Shown here piece by piece: positions 46,125 to 56,272 of a DNA stretch of 64,000 bases. The stretch is from Minisyncoccia bacterium (GTDB taxonomy: Bacteria; Patescibacteriota; Minisyncoccia; Phycocordibacterales; UBA918). Every line of letters begins with the position of its first letter. The first letter of the stretch is position 1. Under the pieces are notes generated by a model. That model saw only the letters and a list, made by a program, of their open reading frames with translations, was not told the origin of the DNA and ran no database searches. The translations under genes were made by a program, and so were the position numbers. The stretch spans positions 207,872 through 271,871 of the forward strand of contig JBGSPE010000005.1 in NCBI GenBank assembly GCA_041738755.1, read 5' to 3'.

Positions 46125-46874
46125 TTAGTATTGTTTTGTTTTACTGGTATCAACGTGTTTGATGATGTACTTGTATGCTTCTTCGACTGAGTCTACGACC
46201 TGGAACAAGGCCAAATCTTCAGGACTAATCGTGCCATATTTCTTTAACATATCTTGCTCGAAGAAACGCAACAGTGGTTCCCAGAACTCACGTCCGTATA
46301 GGAGAATTGGCAACTGTTCGATTTTTCTAGTTTGAATGAGTGTCACAATCTCAAAAAATTCATCTAAGGTCCCGAATCCTCCCGGAAAGTAGACATACAC
46401 CTCAGATGCAAAGGTCAACATCACCTTGCGAGAGAAGAAGAAGTCGAAGTTTAACGATTGAGTGGTATAGGGATTGAGCTTTTGTTCGAATGGAAGTTCA
46501 ATATTAAGTCCGATTGATTTCCCTCCCACCTTGAAAGCACCGACATTAGACGCTTCCATAATACCTGGTCCCCCACCTGAGATAATGGCAAAGCCCTTTT
46601 TAGCTAATTTAGCTGCCAATTCTTCGGCTGCCTTATAGTATTTGTTGTCGGGAGTAAGTCTCGCACTACCCCAGAAGGTGGCAGCTAGGCCATGTTCACG
46701 TAAAAGCTCAAAGCCCTGTACGAACTCCGCCATGATCCGAAAGACCCGCCACGATTGAATAGCATCACCGTCGACTCCTTTGGGGTTTAAGAGTTCGGCA
46801 TCAAGGCGGCACACATATGGGGTGGAGTTAATAGTAAATTTCTTCTTAGTGTTTTTTTTCGGTAACATGCTCAT
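46125..46874 (-). CDS. LOG family nucleotide hydrolase
   Basis: GGGPGIMEA, PGGFGTLDE. Confidence 0.92.
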   Translation of the reverse strand: MSMLPKKNTKKKFTINSTPYVCRLDAELLNPKGVDGDAIQSWRVFRIMAEFVQGFELLREHGLAATFWGSARLTPDNKYYKAAEELAAKLAKKGFAIISGGGPGIMEASNVGAFKVGGKSIGLNIELPFEQKLNPYTTQSLNFDFFFSRKVMLTFASEVYVYFPGGFGTLDEFFEIVTLIQTRKIEQLPILLYGREFWEPLLRFFEQDMLKKYGTISPEDLALFQVVDSVEEAYKYIIKHVDTSKTKQY

Positions 46875-46930
46875 ATTGTATCACCACCGCGCTAAGGTGA
46901 CGCAGCATTGTCCGCAGTCAAAACAGTCAT

Positions 46931-47521
46931 TTACCACGGGACTGGTAGGTGCTCAAACTCTGGAAGTAGCTGCTTTCCGTAAAGCAAACGGGAAATAACT
47001 TCAGCGTGACAGAGTGCGCCAGTCAAAGCGTTGTGTGGATCTGGTTCATCTGGAATTCCGCAATAGTTGAGTACTGCGTCGAGATTCAAGGCACTCCGCC
47101 TGTGTTCAATATCAAGTGGTGGTGTAAGTCCTCGCTTCACCATATGCATCCAACACAGGCTATGGCTATCAATAGTCCGGTAGGCTAAGTTCCAATTAAC
47201 CCCTGCTCGCTCAGCGGCGGCCCTTGTCATATCACGGTCAAAAGACACATTTTGTCCTGCTAGCGTTCGGTCAGATAAGCCTTCGCTCCACGCTAAAAAT
47301 TCGGCGATCAATTCCCCTTCCATTGGCTTTGTAGCGTCAGTTATCTGCTCCATGGTGTAGCCATTGACCCTGAGGGCCCCATCCATGACATGGGATCCAT
47401 CCCAGATCTGACATTCACCATAAAAGCGATTTTCAGGATTATTAAAATCTAACGCTCCAATAGATACAATTGAATGCTTTTCATAATTAGTCCCGGAGGC
47501 TTCAATATCAAGAATTAACAT
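46931..47521 (-). CDS. DEDDh 3'-5' exonuclease
   Basis: LDIEASG, QNVSFD, HNALTGA. Confidence 0.85.
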   Translation of the reverse strand: MLILDIEASGTNYEKHSIVSIGALDFNNPENRFYGECQIWDGSHVMDGALRVNGYTMEQITDATKPMEGELIAEFLAWSEGLSDRTLAGQNVSFDRDMTRAAAERAGVNWNLAYRTIDSHSLCWMHMVKRGLTPPLDIEHRRSALNLDAVLNYCGIPDEPDPHNALTGALCHAEVISRLLYGKQLLPEFEHLPVPW

Positions 47522-47621
47522 ATATTTTATATATAGAGTATACCAAAATATCCCCCACCTTTACTAATACACACCACGTTGCTATATTTCAAAAAGCTTG
47601 AACCTTCGCAGGAGATAACCA

Positions 47622-48290
47622 ATGCCCAGAAACTCTATTACATCACGCGATAAGCTGGAAGAAAAAATTAGAGAAATCTTTGCCCAAAGACCTCTTTCCG
47701 AAGACCGCATCAGGTTTATTCTTGATTCATATTCAGAACCCTGGCGGTACTACCATAATTGCGACCATATTCTTCTAGCGCTTAAGCTTGTGGAGCAGGT
47801 TCAGCCGCCGGTAAGTGCCTTGTATAAACACGCTCTTCAAATCATGATTATTTATCATGATGTGGTGTATAAACTTGGTCGTGAGAAAGGGTGGGATGAA
47901 CGCGAAAGCGGGGTGATAGCTGGAAAGCACCTGAGTTCTGCCGGATATGACCCTGAGTTTGTCGGGCTCGTTGTAGTTGGTATTGAATGCACTATCGACC
48001 ATGCAGTACCGGAATTATTATCAAACTGGGCTCCGTACATTGAACCGCTCTTGGATGTCGATTTGCTGGCCGGTTTTGGCACAAGCTGGGAAGAATTCTC
48101 AGAACGGACTCGATTGATTGGTCTGGAATACTCCCCTCTTTATACAATGGAAGAATACCAGACAGGTCGTGTAAAGTTTGCTAAAACATTTTTGGAAAGA
48201 GCAAAAATCTTCCACGACCGACGCTTGCAAGAATATGAGATTCTAGCGAGAGAAAATCTGCAGCGAACAATTTCATCGTTCTCCCGATAA
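47622..48290 (+). CDS. HD-superfamily phosphohydrolase, SD-led
   Basis: RYYHNCDH, YHDVVY, DVDL, EY...GR..F; AGGAG SD; own terminator. Confidence 0.8.
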   Translation: MPRNSITSRDKLEEKIREIFAQRPLSEDRIRFILDSYSEPWRYYHNCDHILLALKLVEQVQPPVSALYKHALQIMIIYHDVVYKLGREKGWDERESGVIAGKHLSSAGYDPEFVGLVVVGIECTIDHAVPELLSNWAPYIEPLLDVDLLAGFGTSWEEFSERTRLIGLEYSPLYTMEEYQTGRVKFAKTFLERAKIFHDRRLQEYEILARENLQRTISSFSR

Positions 48291-48305
48291 CTAACGACGA
48301 CGACT

Positions 48306-48339
48306 GCACGCGAAGCCAATGGCTTCGCGTGCTTTTCTT
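48306..48339 (+). terminator. Intrinsic terminator
   Basis: GCACGCGAAGCC/GGCTTCGCGTGC followed by TTTTCTT. Confidence 0.75.
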
Positions 48340-48355
48340 ATCAAACTAGCCAAGA

Positions 48356-48763
48356 CTAGAATTTACAATTGGTGGCGGGGGTGTAGCCCGCCGCTTCTGC
48401 TTCAACGATTGATGTAAATGAGATGAGGTTATCTGGTTTGATCTGCTTGGCCCCTGGGCAGGTCGGCAAGTGGTACTTGGTGCCTGATTTTGAGGCGACC
48501 ACTGCCCCACCTCCGGGTACGACCGTGCCGTCCGCTTCAAGACCTTGTGATACTCCAGTAACGGCTTCAATTGGTGCTGCAGCCTGGTTATTGGGGATAA
48601 TAGCCGGGTATTCGGCAATAACCGCCCCTATCGGAGCAGCCACTTGCCCTACCCTACCCACCGACTGCCGACCAAGGCCAAATGAGGCCACCGCAACAAG
48701 GACTAATAAAAGGCTATAAAAAACGACATCGTTGGCTAAGAGGGACTTGAGTTTTTCGAACAT
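48356..48763 (-). CDS. Membrane-anchored protein with Ada-like metal-binding domain
   Basis: TM helix, then SKSGTKYHLPTC...AEAAGYTPATNC; the longer track ORF overlaps rpmA antisense. Confidence 0.8.
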   Translation of the reverse strand: MFEKLKSLLANDVVFYSLLLVLVAVASFGLGRQSVGRVGQVAAPIGAVIAEYPAIIPNNQAAAPIEAVTGVSQGLEADGTVVPGGGAVVASKSGTKYHLPTCPGAKQIKPDNLISFTSIVEAEAAGYTPATNCKF

Positions 48764-48812
48764 ATAACGTATACTCGCAGGCGTTAATTTGTAACCATTA
48801 TACCTTAATCTT

Positions 48813-49100
48813 ATGGCAACTAAAAAAGCTGGCGGTACCGCTAAAAACCTGCGCGATTCGCAACCAAAGTACTTGGGTGTGAAGCGCGCGGACGGACAAA
48901 AAGTGAAGACTGGCGAGATCATCGTACGACAACGTGGTACGAAGATTGAAGCTGGAAAAGGCGTGAAGGTTGGAAAAGACCACACCCTGTTTGCCATGGT
49001 TGATGGTGTGGTTTCTTTCCGAGATATGCGAAAGATCCGTTTCAACGGTAAAAAAGTAAATAAGAAAGCTGTTGATGTAGTAGCTCCAGCTACTGCGTAA
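48813..49100 (+). CDS. rpmA: 50S ribosomal protein L27
   Basis: [27 protein letters not shown]. Confidence 0.98.
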   Translation: MATKKAGGTAKNLRDSQPKYLGVKRADGQKVKTGEIIVRQRGTKIEAGKGVKVGKDHTLFAMVDGVVSFRDMRKIRFNGKKVNKKAVDVVAPATA

Positions 49101-49114
49101 GCAAGCTCTTATGT

Positions 49115-49146
49115 AAAAAAGCCGCTCCCTCGGGAGCGGCTTTTTT
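49115..49146. terminator. Bidirectional terminator
   Basis: AAAAAAGCCGCTCC/GGAGCGGCTTTTTT. Confidence 0.8.
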
Positions 49147-49163
49147 GATTTATTACTTCGTGT

Positions 49164-49880
49164 TTACGGTCGGCGAATGGTAGCGGTTTCAATCACGATA
49201 TCCTCAAGTGGAAGATTGGCGGGATTAGTTTCTACCTGAGCAATCGCATCAACGATATCCATTCCCACTACCACCTGTCCAAATACTGGATGCTTTGATG
49301 AAAGCGGTTGTTTATCAAAGTCGAGATTTACGTTATCAACCAAGTTGATAAAGAATTGGCTACCACCACTGTTTGGACCACTATTCGCCATTGAGATAGT
49401 ACCTCGTACATTTGAGAGCTTTGCTCCAGCAATATGTTCATCCGGGATACTGTAGCCAGGACCGCCGGTTCCATAACTTAGTACGTTATCAGTCTTGGTG
49501 TTTGGATCTCCTCCCTGAATCATAAAGCCATCAATCACTCGATGGAACTTGATACCGTTATAAAATCCCTCATCTACCAACTTAGCAAAGTTACCAGCAG
49601 TAATTGGCATTACATCTTCATAAAGCTCAATTTCAATCGTTCCTCGGTTCGTCTCTAGTACAGCAATCGGATTCATATTATTTGTTATTTCTACGTCATA
49701 GGCGGCTAATTGTTCGGGCACCAGCGGAGCCGGAAGTACCTCTTCCTCATCTTCTGTACTGGTGAGCTCAACTTCTGGTGCGGGGTCCCCTACCCACAAT
49801 GAAATACCTGTAATCAACACTGCACAAATCCCAAAGATGATAAGAAGCGGCAGAGATTTTTTTAATAGTTCTTGTGACAT
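49164..49880 (-). CDS. Cyclophilin-type peptidyl-prolyl isomerase, membrane anchored
   Basis: FHRVIDGFMIQGGDP, SMANSG, GSQFFI. Confidence 0.95.
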   Translation of the reverse strand: MSQELLKKSLPLLIIFGICAVLITGISLWVGDPAPEVELTSTEDEEEVLPAPLVPEQLAAYDVEITNNMNPIAVLETNRGTIEIELYEDVMPITAGNFAKLVDEGFYNGIKFHRVIDGFMIQGGDPNTKTDNVLSYGTGGPGYSIPDEHIAGAKLSNVRGTISMANSGPNSGGSQFFINLVDNVNLDFDKQPLSSKHPVFGQVVVGMDIVDAIAQVETNPANLPLEDIVIETATIRRP

Positions 49881-49897
49881 ATCGCAATAAACAGTTA

Positions 49898-50338
49898 CTA
49901 CTTCTTAATAATTTCAATCGTTACCTTAGCTTCACTTTGGCCATGTTTTAACATGATTTCATGTTCTCCCAGTGATTTTATAGGAGTTTCAAAATGAACC
50001 AGTTTTGTATCAAGGGTTACTCCCTTAGATGCCGCAACAGCTACCAAGTCTTTCTCACTGACTGCCTTGAAAAGGTGTGACTGTTCATTGGCATCGGCTG
50101 CAATTTGTAATGGATTTGATCGCAATGTGGTTACAAGGTCATTAAACTTTTGCATCGCCGCCGCATCACTTGAGGCGTTATCTGCATGAAGCTTATTGAT
50201 TCGCTTAAGATTTTCTGGAGTGGCTGGTTGTGCCATTTTTTTTGGAATCAATTGATTTTGAGCGTACCCATCTGGTACCTCAACAATACTAAAACGACGT
50301 CCAATTTTAGCAACATCTTGAAGAAGGATAATTTTCAT
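49898..50338 (-). CDS. rplI: 50S ribosomal protein L9
   Basis: MKIILLQDV, GYAQNQLIP, PIKSLGEH. Confidence 0.95.
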   Translation of the reverse strand: MKIILLQDVAKIGRRFSIVEVPDGYAQNQLIPKKMAQPATPENLKRINKLHADNASSDAAAMQKFNDLVTTLRSNPLQIAADANEQSHLFKAVSEKDLVAVAASKGVTLDTKLVHFETPIKSLGEHEIMLKHGQSEAKVTIEIIKK

Positions 50339-50418
50339 ACGTTCATTTACTTACTAATACCCCATCAAGGGCTTTTTGTGACGACATAATAGCAAATTTG
50401 ACTCAGGGTCACTACTTA

Positions 50419-51732
50419 CTACTGTCCTGGCTCTGTGGTAGTATCTTCGCTCGCAACTGTCTCACCTCTCAAAAACCGTAACGCTGCCTCTCTCTGTGGA
50501 TCTTCGTCAGCCATCCGCTGCGTTGGGGTCCGTTCAATCAGAATATCTGGCGCTAGTCCACCGTCTGAAATCGAAACACCATTAGGGGTAAACCACCGAG
50601 CTACTGTCACTTTAAGCGAAGAACCATCATCAAGCTCTACCAACTCTTGAACAGAACCTTTTCCGAAGGTAGCACTACCAATTATAGTAGCAACGCCATG
50701 GTCCTTGAGCGCACCAGCTAAAATCTCTGAAGCTGAGGCTGAACCATTATCTACCAAAACCACTAAGTTTTCTTTCGTAAATTCTCGGACTTGACGGTTG
50801 TTGGTGCGGAAGATTTTTTCTTCTTCAATACCTCCAGACTGTTCCCGCACAACCACTTTGCCACTAGGCAGGAAGTAACTCGCAATCGCAACCGCACTTT
50901 GTAAATATCCACCCGGGTTACCTCGTACATCAAGAACTAATTTTTCACTATTACTAGAAGAAAACTCTTGTAGTGCATCGCGAACTTTTGCTTCGGAAAG
51001 TGCGTTGAAGCTATAAAGTGAAATGATAAAGGTGTCACCAACTTGTTCAGTTTTGACGGTTGGGATATCGATATTATCTCTCGTGACAGTTATCGTCAGG
51101 AAATCAAGTTGTCCTTCTCGAAAAATAGTGAACGTAACCTGAGTCCCCTTTTCGCCACGAATTAATCGAACCGCTTCATCAATTCCCATGTTTTCGGTTG
51201 AGGTCTCATTGATTTTTGTAATCACGTCGCCGGCCAATAGTCCTGCTTTATCAGCTGGTGTGTCTGGGAGGGGTGCAATAATAGTTACAAGGCCCTCTCG
51301 TAAACCAACCTCCATTCCAACACCGCTGAAGTTACCAGAGATATCCTCCTCAAACTGAGCTGCATCTACTGGTGGCAGGAATACGGTATAGGGATCACCA
51401 TAAGAATTAACGAGACCAGAAATTGCTCCTTGAATCCGCTCCTCAACACTAACTTGCTCAGTGGAGCTCGCGGTACTGTACTTTTCTTCAAGGAGTCCCC
51501 ACACCTTCCAAAACTCAGTCAAATCAGGTTCGGTTGAATCATTTGCTGAAGCTGGTAGTAAAAAGCTAAGGATATTGGCCTTTTGATCCGCCAAGGTTCC
51601 ATAGTGACCAAGCTGAAGGCCTGAAAAGAACGCTCCAGCAGCAAAAAGAAAAGCTAGTGTATATCCGAGGAATTTTCGCTCACCTTTGGGTGATTTCATA
51701 ACTACAGGTTCTTGATGTAATAACATTCTCAT
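50419..51732 (-). CDS. C-terminal processing protease (S41A) with PDZ domain
   Basis: GDPYT, DVRGNPGG, SASASEI, TFGKGSVQ. Confidence 0.93.
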   Translation of the reverse strand: MRMLLHQEPVVMKSPKGERKFLGYTLAFLFAAGAFFSGLQLGHYGTLADQKANILSFLLPASANDSTEPDLTEFWKVWGLLEEKYSTASSTEQVSVEERIQGAISGLVNSYGDPYTVFLPPVDAAQFEEDISGNFSGVGMEVGLREGLVTIIAPLPDTPADKAGLLAGDVITKINETSTENMGIDEAVRLIRGEKGTQVTFTIFREGQLDFLTITVTRDNIDIPTVKTEQVGDTFIISLYSFNALSEAKVRDALQEFSSSNSEKLVLDVRGNPGGYLQSAVAIASYFLPSGKVVVREQSGGIEEEKIFRTNNRQVREFTKENLVVLVDNGSASASEILAGALKDHGVATIIGSATFGKGSVQELVELDDGSSLKVTVARWFTPNGVSISDGGLAPDILIERTPTQRMADEDPQREAALRFLRGETVASEDTTTEPGQ

Positions 51733-51803
51733 ATTATCGCATAAAGTCTCTGCAAGACCAAAATGGTTTCGTGGGAGGAAAGAATTTGCTACACTAGCAC
51801 ATA

Positions 51804-53258
51804 ATGTTGTCTTCCTTCTTTAAACAAAAAAGTCCGGTAATCCTCCGTGATGTGCTCATTTTTAATACTGAAAGTGGTACGTTAGAAGCGTTCAAACCAC
51901 TTGAAGGCAATCGTGTACTTTTATATAGCTGTGGCCCAACAGTCTATGACTTCGCGCACATTGGGAATCTTCGATCGTATATCTTTGCTGATATCTTAAA
52001 GCGCGCCCTCGTTCGCAATGGCTACCTGGTTAAACACACCATCAATCTCACTGACTTTGGTCACCTGACTGACGACGGAGATGCTGGTGAAGACAAAATG
52101 TTGAAAGGCTTAGCTCGGGAAGGTCTCCCTCATACGCTTGAAGCGATGCGTCAACTTTCTGATATCTACATCAAAGCATTTCTAGATGATACTGATGAGT
52201 TGCGAATTTTACCGCCGACCACCTGGGCGCGGGCAAGTGATTACATTGCCAAACAAATCAGCTTGGTAAAAACCCTTTCAGAAAAGGGGTATACCTACGA
52301 AACAAGTGACGGAGTTTATTTTGATATCACCAAATTCCCCCGCTACGGTGTGCTCGGCAAAATAGATGTAGCTGCCTTAAAGAGTGGAGCTCGAGTTGAA
52401 GTAAATCAAGAAAAACATCACCCAGCTGACTTTGCTGTCTGGAAGAAAGGCGCTCTCGGTTGGCCAAGTCGTTTTGGAACCGGGTTCCCTGGTTGGCACA
52501 TTGAATGTTCAGCGATGGCGATGGCAACGCTCGGCAAGCAGATAGATATTCACACCGGTGGAATCGATCACATCTCTGTTCATCACAATGCTGAAATTGC
52601 TCAAAGTGAAGCAGTGACCGGTAAACCGTTTGTAAAATATTGGATGCATAATGCATTTATCACGATTGATAATGCCAAGATTGCCAAATCTATTGGGAAC
52701 ACCATTACCTTACGACATCTTCGAGATCGAGGCTTTACCGGTGATGATTATCGTTACTGGCTCCTGACAGCACACTACCGATCACCAATAAACTTCTCCT
52801 GGGAAGCTCTCAAGGGGGCCAAACAAGCGCTTTTCAGACTAAAACGCTACGTGTACGAGGAGTTTAAACAACAGGCTTCCATCCCCCACCCTGGCTATAT
52901 GGAACGGTTCGATGAACTGGTTGCCAACGACTTAGACACTCCAGCCGCCATTGCACTCTTGTGGGATATGTTGAAAGACAGTGAGCTCGACAACAAAACA
53001 AAGTGCGCCACCGTGATGGCCATGGATGACGTGCTCGATATTGGGCTCTCTGACTCACTAGCTGACGGAGTGCGCGCGCTTGGGATTGTGGGTGCAAATG
53101 ACGTTACTGAAGAAATCCAAGTGCTCCTTGATCAACGTGAAGCAGCCCGTATTGCTCAAAACTGGACAGAGGCCGATCGCTTGCGGCAAGCAATTGCCTT
53201 AAAAGGTTTTTCTATAGAAGATACTCCCTTGGGACCAAAACTATCAAAGGTACAGTAA
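51804..53258 (+). CDS. cysS: Cysteine--tRNA ligase
   Basis: CGPTVY..AHIGN, PGWHIECS, KIAKS. Confidence 0.96.
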   Translation: MLSSFFKQKSPVILRDVLIFNTESGTLEAFKPLEGNRVLLYSCGPTVYDFAHIGNLRSYIFADILKRALVRNGYLVKHTINLTDFGHLTDDGDAGEDKMLKGLAREGLPHTLEAMRQLSDIYIKAFLDDTDELRILPPTTWARASDYIAKQISLVKTLSEKGYTYETSDGVYFDITKFPRYGVLGKIDVAALKSGARVEVNQEKHHPADFAVWKKGALGWPSRFGTGFPGWHIECSAMAMATLGKQIDIHTGGIDHISVHHNAEIAQSEAVTGKPFVKYWMHNAFITIDNAKIAKSIGNTITLRHLRDRGFTGDDYRYWLLTAHYRSPINFSWEALKGAKQALFRLKRYVYEEFKQQASIPHPGYMERFDELVANDLDTPAAIALLWDMLKDSELDNKTKCATVMAMDDVLDIGLSDSLADGVRALGIVGANDVTEEIQVLLDQREAARIAQNWTEADRLRQAIALKGFSIEDTPLGPKLSKVQ

Positions 53259-53324
53259 TCCACTCTGTCCCCAGGCTGGAGTCAACAGTGACGATTCCTA
53301 TTCCGTGATAAACTGTCACCACCT

Positions 53325-54713
53325 ATGGCTGCGACAGAATATAACAAAAAACTACGTACTCCACCGCAAAACGTTGACGCCGAAAAAGCCCTTCTTGGTG
53401 CAATTATTTTAAAATCAGACGTGATGCACGATGTATCGGTGACTGTCTTCCCGGATAGTTTTTTTGCCGATAAACACCGAAATATTTTTGATGCACTCCA
53501 GCAGATTTTCTCCAAAGGCGACCCAATTGACCTCGTATCGGTCATCACCAAACTTCGTGACATGAACGCGCTTGAGCGGGTTGGTGGTGCTGCCTATATC
53601 ACAGAACTCATCGAGACAGTGCCGGCCGCTGGAAATGCGATGTACTACGCTGAACAGGTACTCAACAAGTCGACCCTTCGTAACCTCATCCACGCCGCAG
53701 ATGATATCGCTGAGATTGGATATTCTGACCCTGAAAGTGTAGATGAAGCGCTCGACCAAGCAGAAAAGAAAATCTTCCAGGCAACCCAAGCTCCTTCAGC
53801 TCAAAAATTCCGACCAATTGGTACAGCCCTCAAAGAAGCCTGGGAACGCTTTGAACACTTAAGCGAAAACCAAGACGTGCGTCGCGGCGTCCCCTCTGGC
53901 TTTACCGCTCTTGATAACCTCCTCTCTGGTTTCCAAAAATCAGACTTGATTATTTTAGCTGCTCGTCCATCCATGGGTAAGACGACCTTCGCACTTGATA
54001 TCGCCCGTAATGCCGCTCTGAAATACAACGCTTCTGTTGGTATTTTTTCACTTGAAATGAGTGACCAACAGCTGGTTGATCGTATGCTGGCAGCTGAGTC
54101 TGGTGTAGACTCATGGAAACTTCGAACGGGAAGGCTTTCAAACGATAGTGAATATGAGGCTTTGCAAGGAGCCATGACTAAGCTGCATAAGGCTCCGATT
54201 CACATTATCGATGAAGCGGCGATGAATATCGTAAAGATGCGTTCGGCAGCGCGTCGTCTCAAAAATGAGTATGGACTTGATATGTTGATTGTCGACTACC
54301 TTCAGCTTATGTCCCCTACCCTCACCAAAAATAGTGACTCGATGGTACAACAAGTGACTGAGATTTCCCGGTCACTCAAGATTCTCGCGCGTGAGCTCGA
54401 AGTACCTGTTATTGCTCTCTCACAGCTCTCTCGAGCTGTTGAACAGCGAGGTGGCAAGCCCCGCCTCTCTGACCTTCGTGACTCAGGTTCTATTGAGCAG
54501 GATGCTGACGTTGTAATGTTCATCCACCGTGAAGACAAGATGAACAAAGACAAGGAGCCAGAGCGACCAAACATTGCTGAAATTCTGGTTGAGAAGCACC
54601 GAAATGGTGCTGTTGGTTCAGCTGAACTGTACTTCGATGGTCAACATGTTCGCTTCCTTAATCTTGATACGCAGCATAGTGCGGCTGGAGGTGGCGGTGG
54701 TGATGACTTCTAG
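53325..54713 (+). CDS. dnaB: Replicative DNA helicase
   Basis: ARPSMGKT, VDYLQL, LSQLSR, DLRDSGSIEQDAD; no intein. Confidence 0.98.
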   Translation: MAATEYNKKLRTPPQNVDAEKALLGAIILKSDVMHDVSVTVFPDSFFADKHRNIFDALQQIFSKGDPIDLVSVITKLRDMNALERVGGAAYITELIETVPAAGNAMYYAEQVLNKSTLRNLIHAADDIAEIGYSDPESVDEALDQAEKKIFQATQAPSAQKFRPIGTALKEAWERFEHLSENQDVRRGVPSGFTALDNLLSGFQKSDLIILAARPSMGKTTFALDIARNAALKYNASVGIFSLEMSDQQLVDRMLAAESGVDSWKLRTGRLSNDSEYEALQGAMTKLHKAPIHIIDEAAMNIVKMRSAARRLKNEYGLDMLIVDYLQLMSPTLTKNSDSMVQQVTEISRSLKILARELEVPVIALSQLSRAVEQRGGKPRLSDLRDSGSIEQDADVVMFIHREDKMNKDKEPERPNIAEILVEKHRNGAVGSAELYFDGQHVRFLNLDTQHSAAGGGGGDDF

Positions 54714-54765
54714 AAACTGTTGAAAACTATTTGGACAGATAGACCGAGTCTGTTATTATATGTGA

Positions 54766-54881
54766 GTGAGACGTCCCCAGGGGGACATCTTCACACAGTT
54801 CTTTCCGAGCTGGTTTCCAAGAAACCAGCTCACCCGCCCACAAAATGCTTCGTATTACCTTGGGGTACGAGGCATTTTTTT
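54766..54881 (+). ncRNA. Candidate three-hairpin small RNA between dnaB and recR
   Basis: TATTAT at 54754-54759; stems 54766-54794 and 54807-54831; terminator 54842-54881. Confidence 0.6.
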
Positions 54882-54934
54882 ATTATGTACCCCGCACAGC
54901 ACGCTTTTTACATCAGTGATACAATACCCTGCAC

Positions 54935-55555
54935 ATGAGTGACTTAGACAAACTTATCACCCTCTTTGAAACCTTCCCTGGAATTGGTGGACGCCAAGCC
55001 AAGCGTTTTGCCTTTCACGTTCTGACCATGAATGAAAAGGATACCGAGGATTTATCTCGACTTATCAGTCGGATTAAATCCACGGTAGTTGAGTGTCAGA
55101 GCTGCCATCGCTTCTTTTCAACAACCCAGTCTGAAACCCTTTGCTCTATCTGTACCGCTAGTAAGCGCAATCACGCCCGGCTATTTGTCGTCGAACGTGA
55201 CACCGATATCCAGGCTATAGAACGCGCCGGAACCTACGATGGACTCTATTTTGTCCTTGGTGGCACCGTTCCTCTCCTCAATTCAACCGATACTGCCAAG
55301 CTCCGCGGAAGCCTCCTTAAAGCCACTGTAGAAACCCGCCTTAAAGATACTGATCCGCTTGAAGAAGTTATCCTAGGTTTCTCTATCAACCCTGATGGAG
55401 AAAATACCGCTCGCTTTGTTGAATCAATTTTGAATCCAGTCCTAGCCAATACCACAACCAAAATTACCCACCTCGGCCGCGGCCTCTCAACTGGTAGTGA
55501 GCTTGAGTACGCAGACGCTGAAACAATTAAAAACGCTCTCAGAAACAGAGCTTGA
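54935..55555 (+). CDS. recR: Recombination mediator RecR
   Basis: PGIG, CQSC/CSIC, YFVLGG, GSELEYAD. Confidence 0.96.
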   Translation: MSDLDKLITLFETFPGIGGRQAKRFAFHVLTMNEKDTEDLSRLISRIKSTVVECQSCHRFFSTTQSETLCSICTASKRNHARLFVVERDTDIQAIERAGTYDGLYFVLGGTVPLLNSTDTAKLRGSLLKATVETRLKDTDPLEEVILGFSINPDGENTARFVESILNPVLANTTTKITHLGRGLSTGSELEYADAETIKNALRNRA

Positions 55556-55602
55556 CGATTACCAAAAAAGTTATATCGTAAGGATAGAGAGGAGGCAGTC
55601 CA

Positions 55603-55821
55603 ATGGCTGACAAAGAGTTATTTATCAAAATACGTCACATTTTCAGACTCGAAGAGAAGTTGTCTGAGGCAGAAGCTCATGTCTACTATTCAGATCGACG
55701 TCTGGCCATGGCACGCGACACCGACCCGGTAACGTTTGCTTCGTGGGAAGAGCAAGTGAAAAATGTCGATATTTTTCCCGCCAGGGAAGAAACGAAAAGG
55801 CCCGCTAACATTTGCATGTAA
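55603..55821 (+). CDS. Orphan small protein, SD-led
   Basis: GAGGAGG SD; hairpin 55796-55831 overlaps its end. Confidence 0.5.
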   Translation: MADKELFIKIRHIFRLEEKLSEAEAHVYYSDRRLAMARDTDPVTFASWEEQVKNVDIFPAREETKRPANICM

Positions 55822-55837
55822 GCGGGCCTTTAAATTT

Positions 55838-56167
55838 TTAGATAGACTCAATCTTTAACGATGCGTAGTGCTGTCGGTGACCGATTCGTCGGTCTCGGTT
55901 ACTCTTGGCCTTGTAGCGAACAATCGTAAGCTTTGGACCCTTTGTTTCTCCGAGATAGGTAGCCACAACTTTTGTACCAGTATGTGGGGTTCCCACCTTA
56001 GCTGTTGTACCGTTGTCGGTCATGAGAACGGTGTCGAATTCGACGTTATCGCCTTCCTTATAGTCACCAAGGAGTTCTACTTGGAGGGTGTCGCCTACGT
56101 GTACTACGTATTGCTTACCGCCGGTTGCGATTACTGCAAATGGTTTGCTAGTTGTTTCTGTTGCCAT
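55838..56167 (-). CDS. rplU: 50S ribosomal protein L21
   Basis: FAVIATGGKQY, GHRQ. Confidence 0.96.
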   Translation of the reverse strand: MATETTSKPFAVIATGGKQYVVHVGDTLQVELLGDYKEGDNVEFDTVLMTDNGTTAKVGTPHTGTKVVATYLGETKGPKLTIVRYKAKSNRDRRIGHRQHYASLKIESI

Positions 56168-56272
56168 AGTGGTCGCTATAGTACGATAAAGCTCATTATT
56201 TTGCAAGTAGGGTGCAACCCTAAGAATTGGTCCCCGTTTAATAAAATCCCGAGGGTAACCCTCGGGATTTCA

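Noticed and set aside
54720-54938. 72-aa ORF, or SRP RNA, upstream of recR
   Set aside because: The ORF crosses three hairpins and a terminator; the SRP helix-8 motif is absent
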